Positions 41,008-51,273 are shown, numbered from the stretch's first letter. The stretch is 64,000 bases of DNA from Nitrososphaeraceae archaeon (GCA_036566445.1 DATCWH010000004.1:8049-72048), one strand, 5' to 3'. Notes: a model not told the origin generated them from the sequence alone. Made by a program: numbers and translations.

Positions 41008-41274
41008 CTACCAGTATGCACTCTCGCTAGTTTGACTACTAGAGCTATTTTTTTCAACAGTGATATATTCTTTTATCCCTTCAATATTCCTAAATATACC
41101 CTCAGGGGCAAACAATGCAGGTGCGCTTGTGGTTGGCAGGTCTACACAACAATTTTCTTCAAATTTTCCAATATGGTACTCAACAAATCCTATATTGTTG
41201 CTTTGTAAAATTTCTATAGCAAGTCTGGAACTCTCCGTGTCATCAATTAGCAAAACAGGTTTACGTACAACCAC
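41008..41274 (-). CDS. Glutaredoxin-like small protein
   Basis: Grx-like pattern PVLLIDD..SSR.A..IL.....F.EY...APALF..EG.F..IEGIKEY. Confidence 0.55.
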   Translation of the reverse strand: MVVRKPVLLIDDTESSRLAIEILQSNNIGFVEYHIGKFEENCCVDLPTTSAPALFAPEGIFRNIEGIKEYITVEKNSSSSQTSESAYW

Positions 41275-41446
41275 ATTTTCAATATCTGATTAGATATATT
41301 TATTCTCAATTATTGTCTCGATATACTAATAAAAATTGACAAAACAAAGATTCCTAGTGATCACTCAGTTGATTCTATTGTTCTATTTCATGCTTGGTTG
41401 CTGAAGGCCGGGATATCAAATCGCAAGTTAGTAAAGAATTTAGCAT

Positions 41447-42778
41447 ATGGTCATTGAAATTAGGATATTGACCGCCATCCTGAATCTTAAATTTCCATTT
41501 GAACTAAAAGATGATCAATGCAAGGCGGTCAATGCATGGATAAATAATAAATTTAGGGGTTCAATAATATATAGTACTGGAACAGGAAAGACTGAAATTG
41601 CATTTGAGTGCGCAAGAAGACTAGCAGAAATTAAGTTTAGCAATGACGTTATATTATCTGCTAAAGATACAAGAAGAGGTCAACTAAATCAAAAATTTAG
41701 AATTTTGTTTATAGTGCCAAGAATTGTACTTATTGACCAGAACGTAAACCGACTAGTCAGATACGGATTGCCGAGAGAATCCATCGGAACTTTTTTTGGA
41801 GAACAAAAGGATATAAGAGAAATTACTATTAGTACATACCAGAGTGTCATAAATCGTTTAGACTTGATCAGAGATTCGGACATGATAATTCTTGATGAAA
41901 TTCATTTGCTGAGTGAAACAGCGAAAGAATTTAGCAAAATATTTGACATAATAAATGATGATCCCACTAAAGGGATATTGGGGTTAACCGCTACCATAAA
42001 TGAGAATGATTCCCGTTATAATACTATAATTAGAACATTGCCTCCTGTAAGGAAATATTTGATTAAGGATGCCGTAACAGATGGGAGATTGGCTAAACCG
42101 CAAGTTGTATCTATACCTGTAAATTTTACAGATTCTGAGAAAAAAATATACAATGAAACTTCAACAAAGATATCATTCCTATCACGGAAACTTGGAGTAT
42201 TTGATCCAAAAAGAATATCCATGTTCCTTTTCAGGGGCGGATATAATGCAAAATTAGCAAAATTGTGGTTTGAAAATGTCAGAAAAAGAAAAGAATTACT
42301 TAGCTCCGCACAAAATAAAATATTGTCTGTCGTAAATATAGTAAAGAAGCATCCATCAGAACCAATCATGATATTTAGCGAAACAATTGAGTCTATAAAA
42401 AAATTAGAAAAAATTTTAGAATTAAATGGTATAGCCTCTAGATCTATTCATAATAAAATACCGGCTAACCAAAGAAAGAAAATTTTAGAAGAATGGGGAA
42501 AGGAGTACTTTCCATTGCTGTCTGTACATACACTTGAAATTGGATATGACATACCTGAGGTTAGAATTGCAATAATAATTTCAAATAGTTCTAATTTTAA
42601 TCAAGTTGCACAAAGAATTGGCAGGGTGATCAGAAAAACAAATAGGAAGAATTATGCATTGATATATGTGATTTATATAAGAGATTCCAAGGACAGAAGT
42701 ACTCTTAGAATGGTAAAGTCTACTATTGACTTTTCGGAGAAGAATAATCAGCTAAAACTGACATCATTTAGAACCTAG
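41447..42778 (+). CDS. XPB/Rad25-like superfamily 2 helicase
   Basis: STGTGKT, TYQS, LDEIH, LGLTAT, EIGYDIP and QRIGRVIR. Confidence 0.88.
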   Translation: MVIEIRILTAILNLKFPFELKDDQCKAVNAWINNKFRGSIIYSTGTGKTEIAFECARRLAEIKFSNDVILSAKDTRRGQLNQKFRILFIVPRIVLIDQNVNRLVRYGLPRESIGTFFGEQKDIREITISTYQSVINRLDLIRDSDMIILDEIHLLSETAKEFSKIFDIINDDPTKGILGLTATINENDSRYNTIIRTLPPVRKYLIKDAVTDGRLAKPQVVSIPVNFTDSEKKIYNETSTKISFLSRKLGVFDPKRISMFLFRGGYNAKLAKLWFENVRKRKELLSSAQNKILSVVNIVKKHPSEPIMIFSETIESIKKLEKILELNGIASRSIHNKIPANQRKKILEEWGKEYFPLLSVHTLEIGYDIPEVRIAIIISNSSNFNQVAQRIGRVIRKTNRKNYALIYVIYIRDSKDRSTLRMVKSTIDFSEKNNQLKLTSFRT

Positions 42779-42858
42779 AAGTAGAAGACAATATGGCATA
42801 TTAGAGTTCTATTTCTGAATTACAAATTTATAAATTGAGATAAAAAGGTGGTGAAATT

Positions 42859-44220
42859 TTATTTCATTATATTCCTATGTCTTCTTTCACTAGTTAATGC
42901 CTCGGAAGTACCGCCAGAAACGATCTCAAATAATCTTGCTTGATTATTATCATTTTTTGGCCTCAGTAATCTTCCCAGCCTTTGGATAAACTCCCTACTA
43001 CTACCGGTTCCACTTACTAATATCCCGACTTGTGCATCAGGTACATCTATTCCTTCATCTAATACTTTTGAGGTAACAATTGCTTTATATCTACCGTCCT
43101 TGAAACCGGTAAGAACGTCTTCCCTTTCCTCTTTAGAAGACTTGTGTGTAATAAATGGAATAAGAAAATCATTAGATATTTCATATACAAGCTTGTTATG
43201 CTGAGTAAATATTATTGTCTTGATGTCTTTGTTTTCACCTAATATTTTCCTAATTTCGTCCATTTTAGATTTACTATTGAGCGCTATATCGATTGCTTTG
43301 TTTCTTGCTACTAGAGCACGTCTGGCCAGCTTATTATTTGAAGAGATCATGATTAATCTTTTGAACGCATTATGAGAATTCATTTTTAATCCAATTTTTC
43401 TTAAACATGTGTGATATATCGTCATATTTTCTTTATATTTCAAATATTCTTTTGGGGACATGAACGTTTGTTTTCTTTCAATAGTATACTCGGCAAGATA
43501 ATTATTTTTTGCTAGCTCTTTTGCCGTAATTTTAAATGTTGATTTTCCAATTAAGTATGGAAAAAAATCTTCCAAGTGATCTTCACGTTCTATGGTAGCA
43601 GTCAACCCTAGCCTGAATGGCGCTACAAATGTTTCTGCAATTAGTCTATAAGATGGTGCTGGTAAATGATGTACCTCATCAAATACCATTAACAAAAACT
43701 TGTTTCCAATCGATGGCGCCTTAAGGTATGCAGAATCATAAGTTGATACAGTAATTGCCTGAATATTTTCAGTTCCTCCACCTATATTTCCTATTTCAAT
43801 ATCGAAACTTTGTGAGAGCACTTTTGTCCACTGTTTGATAAGATCAAGCGTGGGTACGATTATCAGTGTTGGCAAATTTACAATTTCAATAATTTTTAAC
43901 CCAATTATGGTCTTGCCGGCCCCTGTTGGTAGTACTATTGATCCCCTTTTTTCTATGCACCAATTTTCAACTGCGTCTTGTTGATAATCTCGCAGCTTAA
44001 CATTTGATTTTGGAAGATGCCCAAGAGGTAACAAGTCCAATACTTTGTCCTCATATTTCATGTCCTTTTCATTAAGGTATTGAATTATTTTTTGATAGTT
44101 TATACCGTTGGAATACAAGAAGTTACTCCTTGTATCTAGTGAAGCATAGGGCAGAGTATCAAGTCCCTTTACCACTATTGTTCCTTTTTTGTATTCAAGT
44201 GTAACTGGTTTACAACTCAA
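42859..44220 (-). CDS. xpb: XPB/Rad25 helicase (archaeal XPB-like)
   Basis: LRDYQ, LPTGAGKT, STYDSAY, FDEVHHLP, RLGLTAT.ER.D, VLDEGIDVPDA and QRLGRLLRP. Confidence 0.9.
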   Translation of the reverse strand: MSCKPVTLEYKKGTIVVKGLDTLPYASLDTRSNFLYSNGINYQKIIQYLNEKDMKYEDKVLDLLPLGHLPKSNVKLRDYQQDAVENWCIEKRGSIVLPTGAGKTIIGLKIIEIVNLPTLIIVPTLDLIKQWTKVLSQSFDIEIGNIGGGTENIQAITVSTYDSAYLKAPSIGNKFLLMVFDEVHHLPAPSYRLIAETFVAPFRLGLTATIEREDHLEDFFPYLIGKSTFKITAKELAKNNYLAEYTIERKQTFMSPKEYLKYKENMTIYHTCLRKIGLKMNSHNAFKRLIMISSNNKLARRALVARNKAIDIALNSKSKMDEIRKILGENKDIKTIIFTQHNKLVYEISNDFLIPFITHKSSKEEREDVLTGFKDGRYKAIVTSKVLDEGIDVPDAQVGILVSGTGSSREFIQRLGRLLRPKNDNNQARLFEIVSGGTSEALTSERRHRNIMK

Positions 44221-44395
44221 CTAGTTACTTTCTAGTCAATAATCATTTTTAAATCATATCAGATAGTAGTAGAGAATTCACTACTTTTGTCTAGTGACAC
44301 CTGCCTACGGATAAACTATGTTCACTATGAAATAAACCAATTCTCGCAATAAATCATGCTTGTTCGTGCCGGTTAATTCATCAATTATTCTGCAC

Positions 44396-44644
44396 TCAAA
44401 TCCACATAGAAGGATTATTACTAAAAACTGTTGTTCTTTGAATTATATCAATTTCGATATTCATTTTTTCGCGAAGTGTTTTGTTTGATTCTAACATATT
44501 GGTATTCGTCGTTAATTTATTCTTATTTTTATTCAATGTAATCTCATTATCTTTTTCTCTACTGTTCCTGATATTCTTGAAAAAATGCCTCAATTGATCC
44601 GCTAGATCAGGTTGATTTTCCAACTGATCTATTTTCGAACTCAT
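44396..44644 (-). CDS. Hypothetical protein (possibly truncated)
   Basis: 82-aa ATG ORF with no recognisable motif. Confidence 0.35.
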   Translation of the reverse strand: MSSKIDQLENQPDLADQLRHFFKNIRNSREKDNEITLNKNKNKLTTNTNMLESNKTLREKMNIEIDIIQRTTVFSNNPSMWI

Positions 44645-44899
44645 TGTATTATAAAATACTAGTCGTACTAATAATAACCATTAGTTAAAACTAATTGTCA
44701 AAGGAAATAATGAAATTAAATTAATTGACTTGTACTTTAATTGCAAGCAGATTATGTTGGACAAAACTTCCGCAGCGGTTATACTGTCTTATTGTTGATA
44801 GTATCTAACAAAATTACACATAAATTCAATAATTATTATTCTAGATACGTAGTATGATAATATATGTAAGTTTCGATATTAAAAAGCAATAAGCAACTG

Positions 44900-45472
44900 A
44901 TGGATATGTCTAACGATACAATTGACAGGATTAAAACTGAAGTTATCAACTGCAAACTATGTAACTTATGTATGAATAGAACAAATGCGGTTCCTGGCGA
45001 AGGTAATTCTAAAGCTAGTATAATGTTTGTTGGAGAAGCTCCAGGAAGGAATGAAGATGAGAAAGGTAGACCATTTGTAGGATTGGCAGGAAAAATCCTT
45101 GACGAAGTGCTAGACAAAGTAGGAATAGCAAGATCAAGAATTTTTGTGACTAATATTGTTAAATGCAGACCTCCTGCTAACAGGGTTCCAACAGAAGATG
45201 AGCGGCGTGTCTGTAGGAATTATCTTGAAAGGGAAATTTCAATTGTTGCTCCCAAAATTATTTGCATAATGGGTAGAACGGCCTATCAGTCGTTGCTGGG
45301 TGGCGGATCCATACTCGGAAATCGTGGAAAGTTCATTGAAAAAGACAGCAAGCTCTTTTTTCTTACAATACATCCAGCAGCCATTATTTACAATAATAAG
45401 CTTCACTATACCCTAGAGAAGGACATGCAAACGTTAGTTACGGAATGCAGACGATTAGACATTCCTATATAG
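44900..45472 (+). CDS. udg: Uracil-DNA glycosylase family 4
   Basis: C..C.L, FVGEAPG..ED..GRPFVG.AG, NIVKCRPP.NR and HPAA. Confidence 0.95.
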   Translation: MDMSNDTIDRIKTEVINCKLCNLCMNRTNAVPGEGNSKASIMFVGEAPGRNEDEKGRPFVGLAGKILDEVLDKVGIARSRIFVTNIVKCRPPANRVPTEDERRVCRNYLEREISIVAPKIICIMGRTAYQSLLGGGSILGNRGKFIEKDSKLFFLTIHPAAIIYNNKLHYTLEKDMQTLVTECRRLDIPI

Positions 45473-45508
45473 AACCCAAAAAGTTTTATCGTTTAGGTGT
45501 TATCACTT

Positions 45509-45940
45509 TCAGAAATTCTCAGCTCTAATTTTTAAGGCATTATTCATCTTATCAAAACTTTCTCTGAGATCTTCATCTAACTTTTCTCCTACTAATTTCA
45601 CACCTAATCCTCTGAATATTTCTTTGTGTAAGAATGAAACCTTATTGTTGGATTTTTCAATTATAAATATGCGTTCGCCGTCAAAGATACCAGGTAAGAA
45701 TGATTTTCCTTTCCATCGAAGTTCTCTGTTTATTTCGAATTTAGTTATAATTGGATTATAGGTTCTCTGTTTCCCTCTGACAGTCTGAATCTTGACCATA
45801 ATCCTAGATCCTAATTTGGCATCGCCAACTACTTTTGTCATGAATGGATTCCATAATTCGTATTCTTCAAAATTGGTAAGAATGTTCCAAATTATTTCAG
45901 GAGTAGAATTCACCGCGATTTGCGTCTCGATTGTCTTCAA
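45509..45940 (-). CDS. SRPBCC/START-like protein
   Basis: IWNILTNFEEYELWNPF, LRWKG...PGIFDGE and MNNALK.RAE. Confidence 0.85.
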   Translation of the reverse strand: MKTIETQIAVNSTPEIIWNILTNFEEYELWNPFMTKVVGDAKLGSRIMVKIQTVRGKQRTYNPIITKFEINRELRWKGKSFLPGIFDGERIFIIEKSNNKVSFLHKEIFRGLGVKLVGEKLDEDLRESFDKMNNALKIRAENF

Positions 45941-46161
45941 TTACACTAAAGAATGATCTTTGAACCTTAATAATGAACCTTTTGATAAAGTGGAATGGAA
46001 ATACCAAGTACGAATTCCGACCAGAATCAGAATACTTGTTACCCTAATTAATCTGTACTTGGGTCTACCTAGATAAGTTATCCTGAAAAGATGCCGCTTT
46101 TATTGAAACTAATTAATTAAAGATAATCTATTCATAATATGATTTTTCAGAGGATCTACAG

Positions 46162-46557
46162 ATGGAAATAATTTGTGATACCAGCTTTCTCATTGCACTG
46201 GTTTCGAACCCTATAAAATGCTTGGACAAAATTGAAAACGAAATTGGGAGATTAAAATTCATAGTCCCTACCTTTGTTCTAGATGAACTTGATTCTATTG
46301 AGAGAATATCAGGCCCCAAGAAATCTATGATCGCAAATACTGCAATTCGCATATCTAAGTTGAAATTTGAAATCAAGGATATCGGAAAATCAAAAAATGT
46401 AGACAATGAAATCCTTAATTATGCAACCAAAAATAGAAAACTTGCTGTGGCCACGCTAGATGCTAAATTATTGAACAGACTGAAAATGGCTGACGTGACT
46501 ACTATTACACTATCCAAGAATAAGATGATATTAGAAAATCGGTATTTTGAAGGGTAG
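46162..46557 (+). CDS. PIN-domain protein (Fcf1/Utp24-like archaeal PIN)
   Basis: IICDTSFL, V.DEL, VDNEI and VATLD..L. Confidence 0.85.
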   Translation: MEIICDTSFLIALVSNPIKCLDKIENEIGRLKFIVPTFVLDELDSIERISGPKKSMIANTAIRISKLKFEIKDIGKSKNVDNEILNYATKNRKLAVATLDAKLLNRLKMADVTTITLSKNKMILENRYFEG

Positions 46558-46588
46558 CTTTAAATCGTTAATCTATTTTTTATTATGC

Positions 46589-47242
46589 ATGTTTGAGTAC
46601 GATAAGATCGGTATAACGTGGAACGGTCATGCTGGTTTCAAGATCATATATGGTAATAAGAAAGTGTACATCGATCCTTACAAATTGAGCAAAAATTACG
46701 AAAACATTTCTGATGCTGACATTGTACTAATAACCCACAACCATTTTGATCATTTATCAATAGAAGATTTGAAAAATATCATTAATGAAAGAACAGTTAT
46801 TGTTTCTGCTCAAGAGTGTCTATCTCAATTAAAGTCTCTAAAAGTGAAAGAATCAATTGGCATCGATCCTCGCAACAGTGTGAGGGTAGATGATTTAAAA
46901 ATAGAGACAGTTCCGGCATATAATGTTGACAAGGAATTTCATCCAAAGAACGACAAAAAAATCGGATTCATAGTTGAATTTGGTAATGATCGCTTATATC
47001 ACACTGGAGATTCTGATATGATTCCAGAGATGAAAGATACAAAGCCAAGTATTGTACTAATACCTGTTTCCGGAACTTATGTTATGACTGCTGAGGAAGC
47101 ATCTAAGGCGGTCAACGAATTGATTAATCCAAGAATTGCAATTCCAATGCATTATGGTACAATCGTAGGTAATAAAGAGGATGCAATACGATTCTCAGAA
47201 CTGGTCACAGTATGTAAAACAAAGATATTAGAGTCAGAGTAG
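46589..47242 (+). CDS. Metallo-beta-lactamase-fold hydrolase
   Basis: W.GHAGF, ITHNHFDH, YHTGD and IPMHYG. Start set to MFEY. Confidence 0.9.
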   Translation: MFEYDKIGITWNGHAGFKIIYGNKKVYIDPYKLSKNYENISDADIVLITHNHFDHLSIEDLKNIINERTVIVSAQECLSQLKSLKVKESIGIDPRNSVRVDDLKIETVPAYNVDKEFHPKNDKKIGFIVEFGNDRLYHTGDSDMIPEMKDTKPSIVLIPVSGTYVMTAEEASKAVNELINPRIAIPMHYGTIVGNKEDAIRFSELVTVCKTKILESE

Positions 47243-47266
47243 CGAAAATTTTTTGAAAAAATTAAA

Positions 47267-47276
47267 ACTTATATAC
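47267..47276 (+). promoter_or_regulatory. TATA box of the micro-ORF at 47303
   Basis: AAAACTTATATAC, with TTATATA about 28 nt upstream of the ATG at 47303 (leaderless spacing). Confidence 0.6.
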
Positions 47277-47302
47277 GATCTGTTTTTCTAATATCATTGC
47301 AA

Positions 47303-47359
47303 ATGGCAGCAAAAAAGAAATCGAAGTCTGCTAAGAAAGGATCCAAATCAAAGAGGTAA
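47303..47359 (+). CDS. 18-aa Lys-rich micro-protein, missing from the ORF track
   Basis: MAAKKKSKSAKKGSKSKR*, with an upstream TATA box and a downstream pyrimidine/T tract at about 47389-47406. Confidence 0.65.
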   Translation: MAAKKKSKSAKKGSKSKR

Positions 47360-47498
47360 TACTTTCGCAGTCAACATTATCTCTTAATTCCCCCCTTCTT
47401 TTGTTAGAAAACCAATAATAAAATTCTTTTAACAAATAGTTTAGCATATTTATTTTTCTACAAGTACGTTATCCAAATGCTATCCAGTACGTTAAAAA

Positions 47499-50279
47499 AT
47501 GAGTGTAATCAACAAGCATTATATGTTATCTGGCGACAGAGTTTTATTTCATGTTGGAAATTACAATTTTAACGTACGTCATTTATTAGTTATTGCAATA
47601 TTAGTTATTGCATTTACCACAGCTTTCATAATGCGTTCTTATCCGATTAAGTATGGTTTTTATCTAAATGAATTCGATCCATATTTTGATTACAGGGCAA
47701 CTAAGTATATCGTAGATAATGGCCTGGATGCATATCTGAAGTGGCATGATAATATGTCTTGGTACCCTGATGGTCGAGACATACCGAGAACATCACAAGT
47801 TGGATTACATGTAACAGCCGCGTATCTGTACAAGATCTTTGGAGGAAATAGTTCTGTTTTAGATTTTACAATATTATTACCCGTTGTGTTAGGATCATTG
47901 ACCACAATTGTTGTTTTTGCATTGGTAAGGTCACTGGGTGGAACCACAGCAGGCCTTTTTTCCGCACTACTAATTGCTTTTACTCCCGCTATTATTCAGC
48001 GTGGAAATTTAGGATGGTTCAAATCAGAACCCCTTGGTTTGTTTCTTGCACTTTTGGCTCTGTACTTACTTACCTCTGCAATGAAACATAAGCCCAGAAT
48101 TGCCATTGTAAAAGCAATAGTTGGAGGATTATTATTAGGTCTAGCCAATGCTTCATGGGGTGGGATTCAATACTTTAGTATCCCAATTTCATTATTCTTT
48201 TTTGCAGTAACTTTTTTGCGAAATGATATCAAGGTCCCCTTAATTGTTGCAATTTTGTTCACGGTTGCTACGGTATTATCTGCAGGTTTGTCTCCAAGAC
48301 CCGGTCTCTCATTCGTATTTGGACTTCCAGGTATTGCCCTCATAGGAGGAACAATATTTATGATTGTGTCAGCAACTGTGAGGAAATTTAGTTCATCGAA
48401 TACTTTCGTAAGAAACAATTGGATCTTGATCGGAGCTTTTTTTGCAATTGGCATAGGAATAATCGCATCTGGAAGTTTTCAGGGATCCTCATTTAGATAT
48501 CTAAATGCAGTTAACCCATTTCTTTCTTCTCAGAATCCCCTGGTAGAATCAGTTGCTGAGCATTTCACTCCAACGTTGGTAGAATATTTCACTGATTATT
48601 CAATTCTAGTAATGTTTGCTGGGTTTGGAGCACTTATGGCATTTAAACACAGAAATGACATGTCCATTTTTGCACTAATCATTGGAATTACTGGAGTATA
48701 CGTAAGTGCAACGTTTGCAAGATTACTGGTATTCTCTTCAATTGGAATCATACTCTTAGCTGGATTAGGTCTGTATGAAATTACTAGAAGTATAATCAGT
48801 TATAAGGCAATATCAGAATCCTCACATAAGAAGAAGAAAAGGATAGAAAACGAAAAAATTTCTCACACGGACAAATCATTAAAAATTGTATATTCAGTTA
48901 TAATTGTTATTTTGATTTCAATTCCTGTTCTGGACAATGGCATAATATTCCCACAAAATTCAAATTGGTTGAGTTCTGCTGACATTCCTCCTTCTATTGC
49001 AAATGGTGGTACTGGATTTAGGGTCAAGACCAATGATTGGATAAGCGCATTAAATTGGATCTCTGCGAATACATCCCCCAATTCAGTAATTGCATCTTGG
49101 TGGGATTATGGTTACTGGATAACAACATTGGGAAATAGAACTAGTTTGGCTGATAACGCCACAATAAACCAAACACGTATTGCAACAATTGCAAAGATGT
49201 TTATGGATCAAACCGAAAACGGCCTCAAAATTGCAAAGGATCTAAAGGGAGACTATATAGTAGTATACATTGTCGGACAGAGATTTAGTGGCGTCAATAA
49301 TAGTGAGGTGTATGTTTTAGGTAACGGAGGAGATGAAAGCAAAAAACAGTGGTTTATACGAATAGGTGGTTTCGATGAAAATAGATATCTTGAACAAGAT
49401 GGTTTTACACCAACTCCCTTCTTTTGGAATAGTACGCTACTTGGACAATTGATACCTTTCACTCCTGTCTCATATATATTAAATGGGGCCCCATCGAGCG
49501 AATATCAACCAGGCGCAACGGCAATTTATGAAAAAGACATCAAATACCCAGAAAATGGTAATGAAGATCAACCCCTAAAATTGGTTTATGCATCAGACAG
49601 CTTCAAGAGTAACAGCCCGGGTCTATTTTTTGCAGTATTAATATACCAAGTGAACCCTAATTATATACCTAAAACAACATCAGACCCGTATAATGAAATT
49701 ATCGATAAAGAGAAATTTTCAATAAATACCACCAAGTCTAATATTAATATGAGATCAACTAATGAATCTAAATTAGCTGTGATAGATACAACCCAGGGAC
49801 CTATAACTATGGAATTCTTTCCAGATGTAGCGCCCATGCATGTCTCAAATTTTGAGAAACTTGCAGATTCTGGATTCTACAACGGCACTGTATTCCATCG
49901 AATTGTTAAAGGATTTGTAATTCAAGGCGGAGATCCAAATACAAAAAATGACACAAACAAAGCCGCGTGGGGATCTGGCGATCCGGGTTATAAGATCAAA
50001 GCAGAATTTAGTAATATACCACACGATAGAGGAATTGTTTCAATGGCAAGATCTTCAGATCCAGATAGTGCAGGCTCACAGTTCTTTATTGTTTTGAATG
50101 ACTCTAGATTTTTAGACAATCAATATACGGCATTTGGTAGAGTCATAAACGGTATGGATATCGTTGATAAAATTGCTGCATTACCAACAGTTGAAAATGA
50201 TCAACCTCAAGATCCAAATATGGCCAAAATACTTTCTATAAAGACCGTAGATAGAAATTCGACAGAGTTGAAAAGGTGA
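47499..50279 (+). CDS. aglB: Oligosaccharyltransferase AglB (STT3) fused to a C-terminal cyclophilin-type PPIase
   Basis: EFDPYF, ESVAEH, WWDYG and DNAT. C-terminus has FYNGTVFHRIVKGFVIQGGDP, RGIVSMAR, GSQFFI and AFGRV. Confidence 0.93.
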   Translation: MSVINKHYMLSGDRVLFHVGNYNFNVRHLLVIAILVIAFTTAFIMRSYPIKYGFYLNEFDPYFDYRATKYIVDNGLDAYLKWHDNMSWYPDGRDIPRTSQVGLHVTAAYLYKIFGGNSSVLDFTILLPVVLGSLTTIVVFALVRSLGGTTAGLFSALLIAFTPAIIQRGNLGWFKSEPLGLFLALLALYLLTSAMKHKPRIAIVKAIVGGLLLGLANASWGGIQYFSIPISLFFFAVTFLRNDIKVPLIVAILFTVATVLSAGLSPRPGLSFVFGLPGIALIGGTIFMIVSATVRKFSSSNTFVRNNWILIGAFFAIGIGIIASGSFQGSSFRYLNAVNPFLSSQNPLVESVAEHFTPTLVEYFTDYSILVMFAGFGALMAFKHRNDMSIFALIIGITGVYVSATFARLLVFSSIGIILLAGLGLYEITRSIISYKAISESSHKKKKRIENEKISHTDKSLKIVYSVIIVILISIPVLDNGIIFPQNSNWLSSADIPPSIANGGTGFRVKTNDWISALNWISANTSPNSVIASWWDYGYWITTLGNRTSLADNATINQTRIATIAKMFMDQTENGLKIAKDLKGDYIVVYIVGQRFSGVNNSEVYVLGNGGDESKKQWFIRIGGFDENRYLEQDGFTPTPFFWNSTLLGQLIPFTPVSYILNGAPSSEYQPGATAIYEKDIKYPENGNEDQPLKLVYASDSFKSNSPGLFFAVLIYQVNPNYIPKTTSDPYNEIIDKEKFSINTTKSNINMRSTNESKLAVIDTTQGPITMEFFPDVAPMHVSNFEKLADSGFYNGTVFHRIVKGFVIQGGDPNTKNDTNKAAWGSGDPGYKIKAEFSNIPHDRGIVSMARSSDPDSAGSQFFIVLNDSRFLDNQYTAFGRVINGMDIVDKIAALPTVENDQPQDPNMAKILSIKTVDRNSTELKR

Positions 50280-50316
50280 AAAGTTAAACAGTTGATAAAA
50301 TGATTTCAGAGATGTT

Positions 50317-51273
50317 TTATTTTATTAGTGCAGCGTAAATGAACGGTAACAATGTAGTTGCCTCTCCATGTATTGTAGTTTGCTTTGCTTTTCCCTTTAC
50401 TTTTCCCCACGATATTGCTTCTGCAACTAAGGCCCCACTCAAACTACCATCCCATTCAGAAGCTGTTGTTATAGATACAGCATAGTCTAATCCTCCTCTA
50501 AATTGGTTCCACCATAATGTATGATGTTTTGAAATTCCGCCCCCAATAATGAAAGCACCAGTTTTATTTGCATCATAAACCAAGTCTGATAGTCTGGTTT
50601 CATCCAATAGTATATTTATATTGAAATTCTTATGTTTCTGATGAAAGAACCATATTTGACTTCCAACTGCGCCATCTACAATACCTGGAACTATGACGGG
50701 AATATCATTCTTAAACGCCCAGTACAAGAATGAAGTCTCATCTAGAGTACTCCCTATACTCTTTGTTATTTCAAAGGTCGACAAACTCTGCAATCCCTTC
50801 TTGTAGAGATCGTTTAGACAATCCTGTACCTTTTTTTCAATAACCGGACCATAATTATTTTGGGGCACTAGTACATTTCCCAATCTATGAATCTTCTTTT
50901 TATAAAGCAAGTTATCATCCATCCGAAAGTCTCCAGAATAGTATTTTGTACTTGTTCTTGCAATATCATGATCCAGTGCACCACATGTTGTAATCACGCA
51001 ATCAAAGATCTTACGTTTTAACATATCCTTGATAATACCTCTTGCTCCAGTCGAGATAATTGATCCTACAAACGACAAGAATTTGGTACAGTTTTTGTCC
51101 TTTGTCATCGTGCGAATTATATTTATTCCATCCCAAAGATTTTTAGATTCAAAACCACCAGAATTTGCCATACCATCAATTAGTAAAGTTATGGAATTTG
51201 ATTCAATCTTGTAATCGCGTACTGAATCACTCAAAATATTCCTACGCGATTTTTTTGTGTTTTTTGGTTTCAA
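50317..51273 (-). CDS. dys: Deoxyhypusine synthase
   Basis: RLGNVLVP, DGAVG, GGGISKHH, DGSLSGA and EAISWGK. Confidence 0.95.
   Translation of the reverse strand: MKPKNTKKSRRNILSDSVRDYKIESNSITLLIDGMANSGGFESKNLWDGINIIRTMTKDKNCTKFLSFVGSIISTGARGIIKDMLKRKIFDCVITTCGALDHDIARTSTKYYSGDFRMDDNLLYKKKIHRLGNVLVPQNNYGPVIEKKVQDCLNDLYKKGLQSLSTFEITKSIGSTLDETSFLYWAFKNDIPVIVPGIVDGAVGSQIWFFHQKHKNFNINILLDETRLSDLVYDANKTGAFIIGGGISKHHTLWWNQFRGGLDYAVSITTASEWDGSLSGALVAEAISWGKVKGKAKQTTIHGEATTLLPFIYAALIK

Noticed and set aside
46162-46557. VapBC toxin-antitoxin pair
   Set aside because: No antitoxin ORF upstream; the protein resembles housekeeping Fcf1-like PIN proteins.
47303-47359. Ribosomal protein L41e
   Set aside because: It lacks the KW/KKR..R Arg-rich pattern of L41e, so it is kept as an unknown basic peptide.
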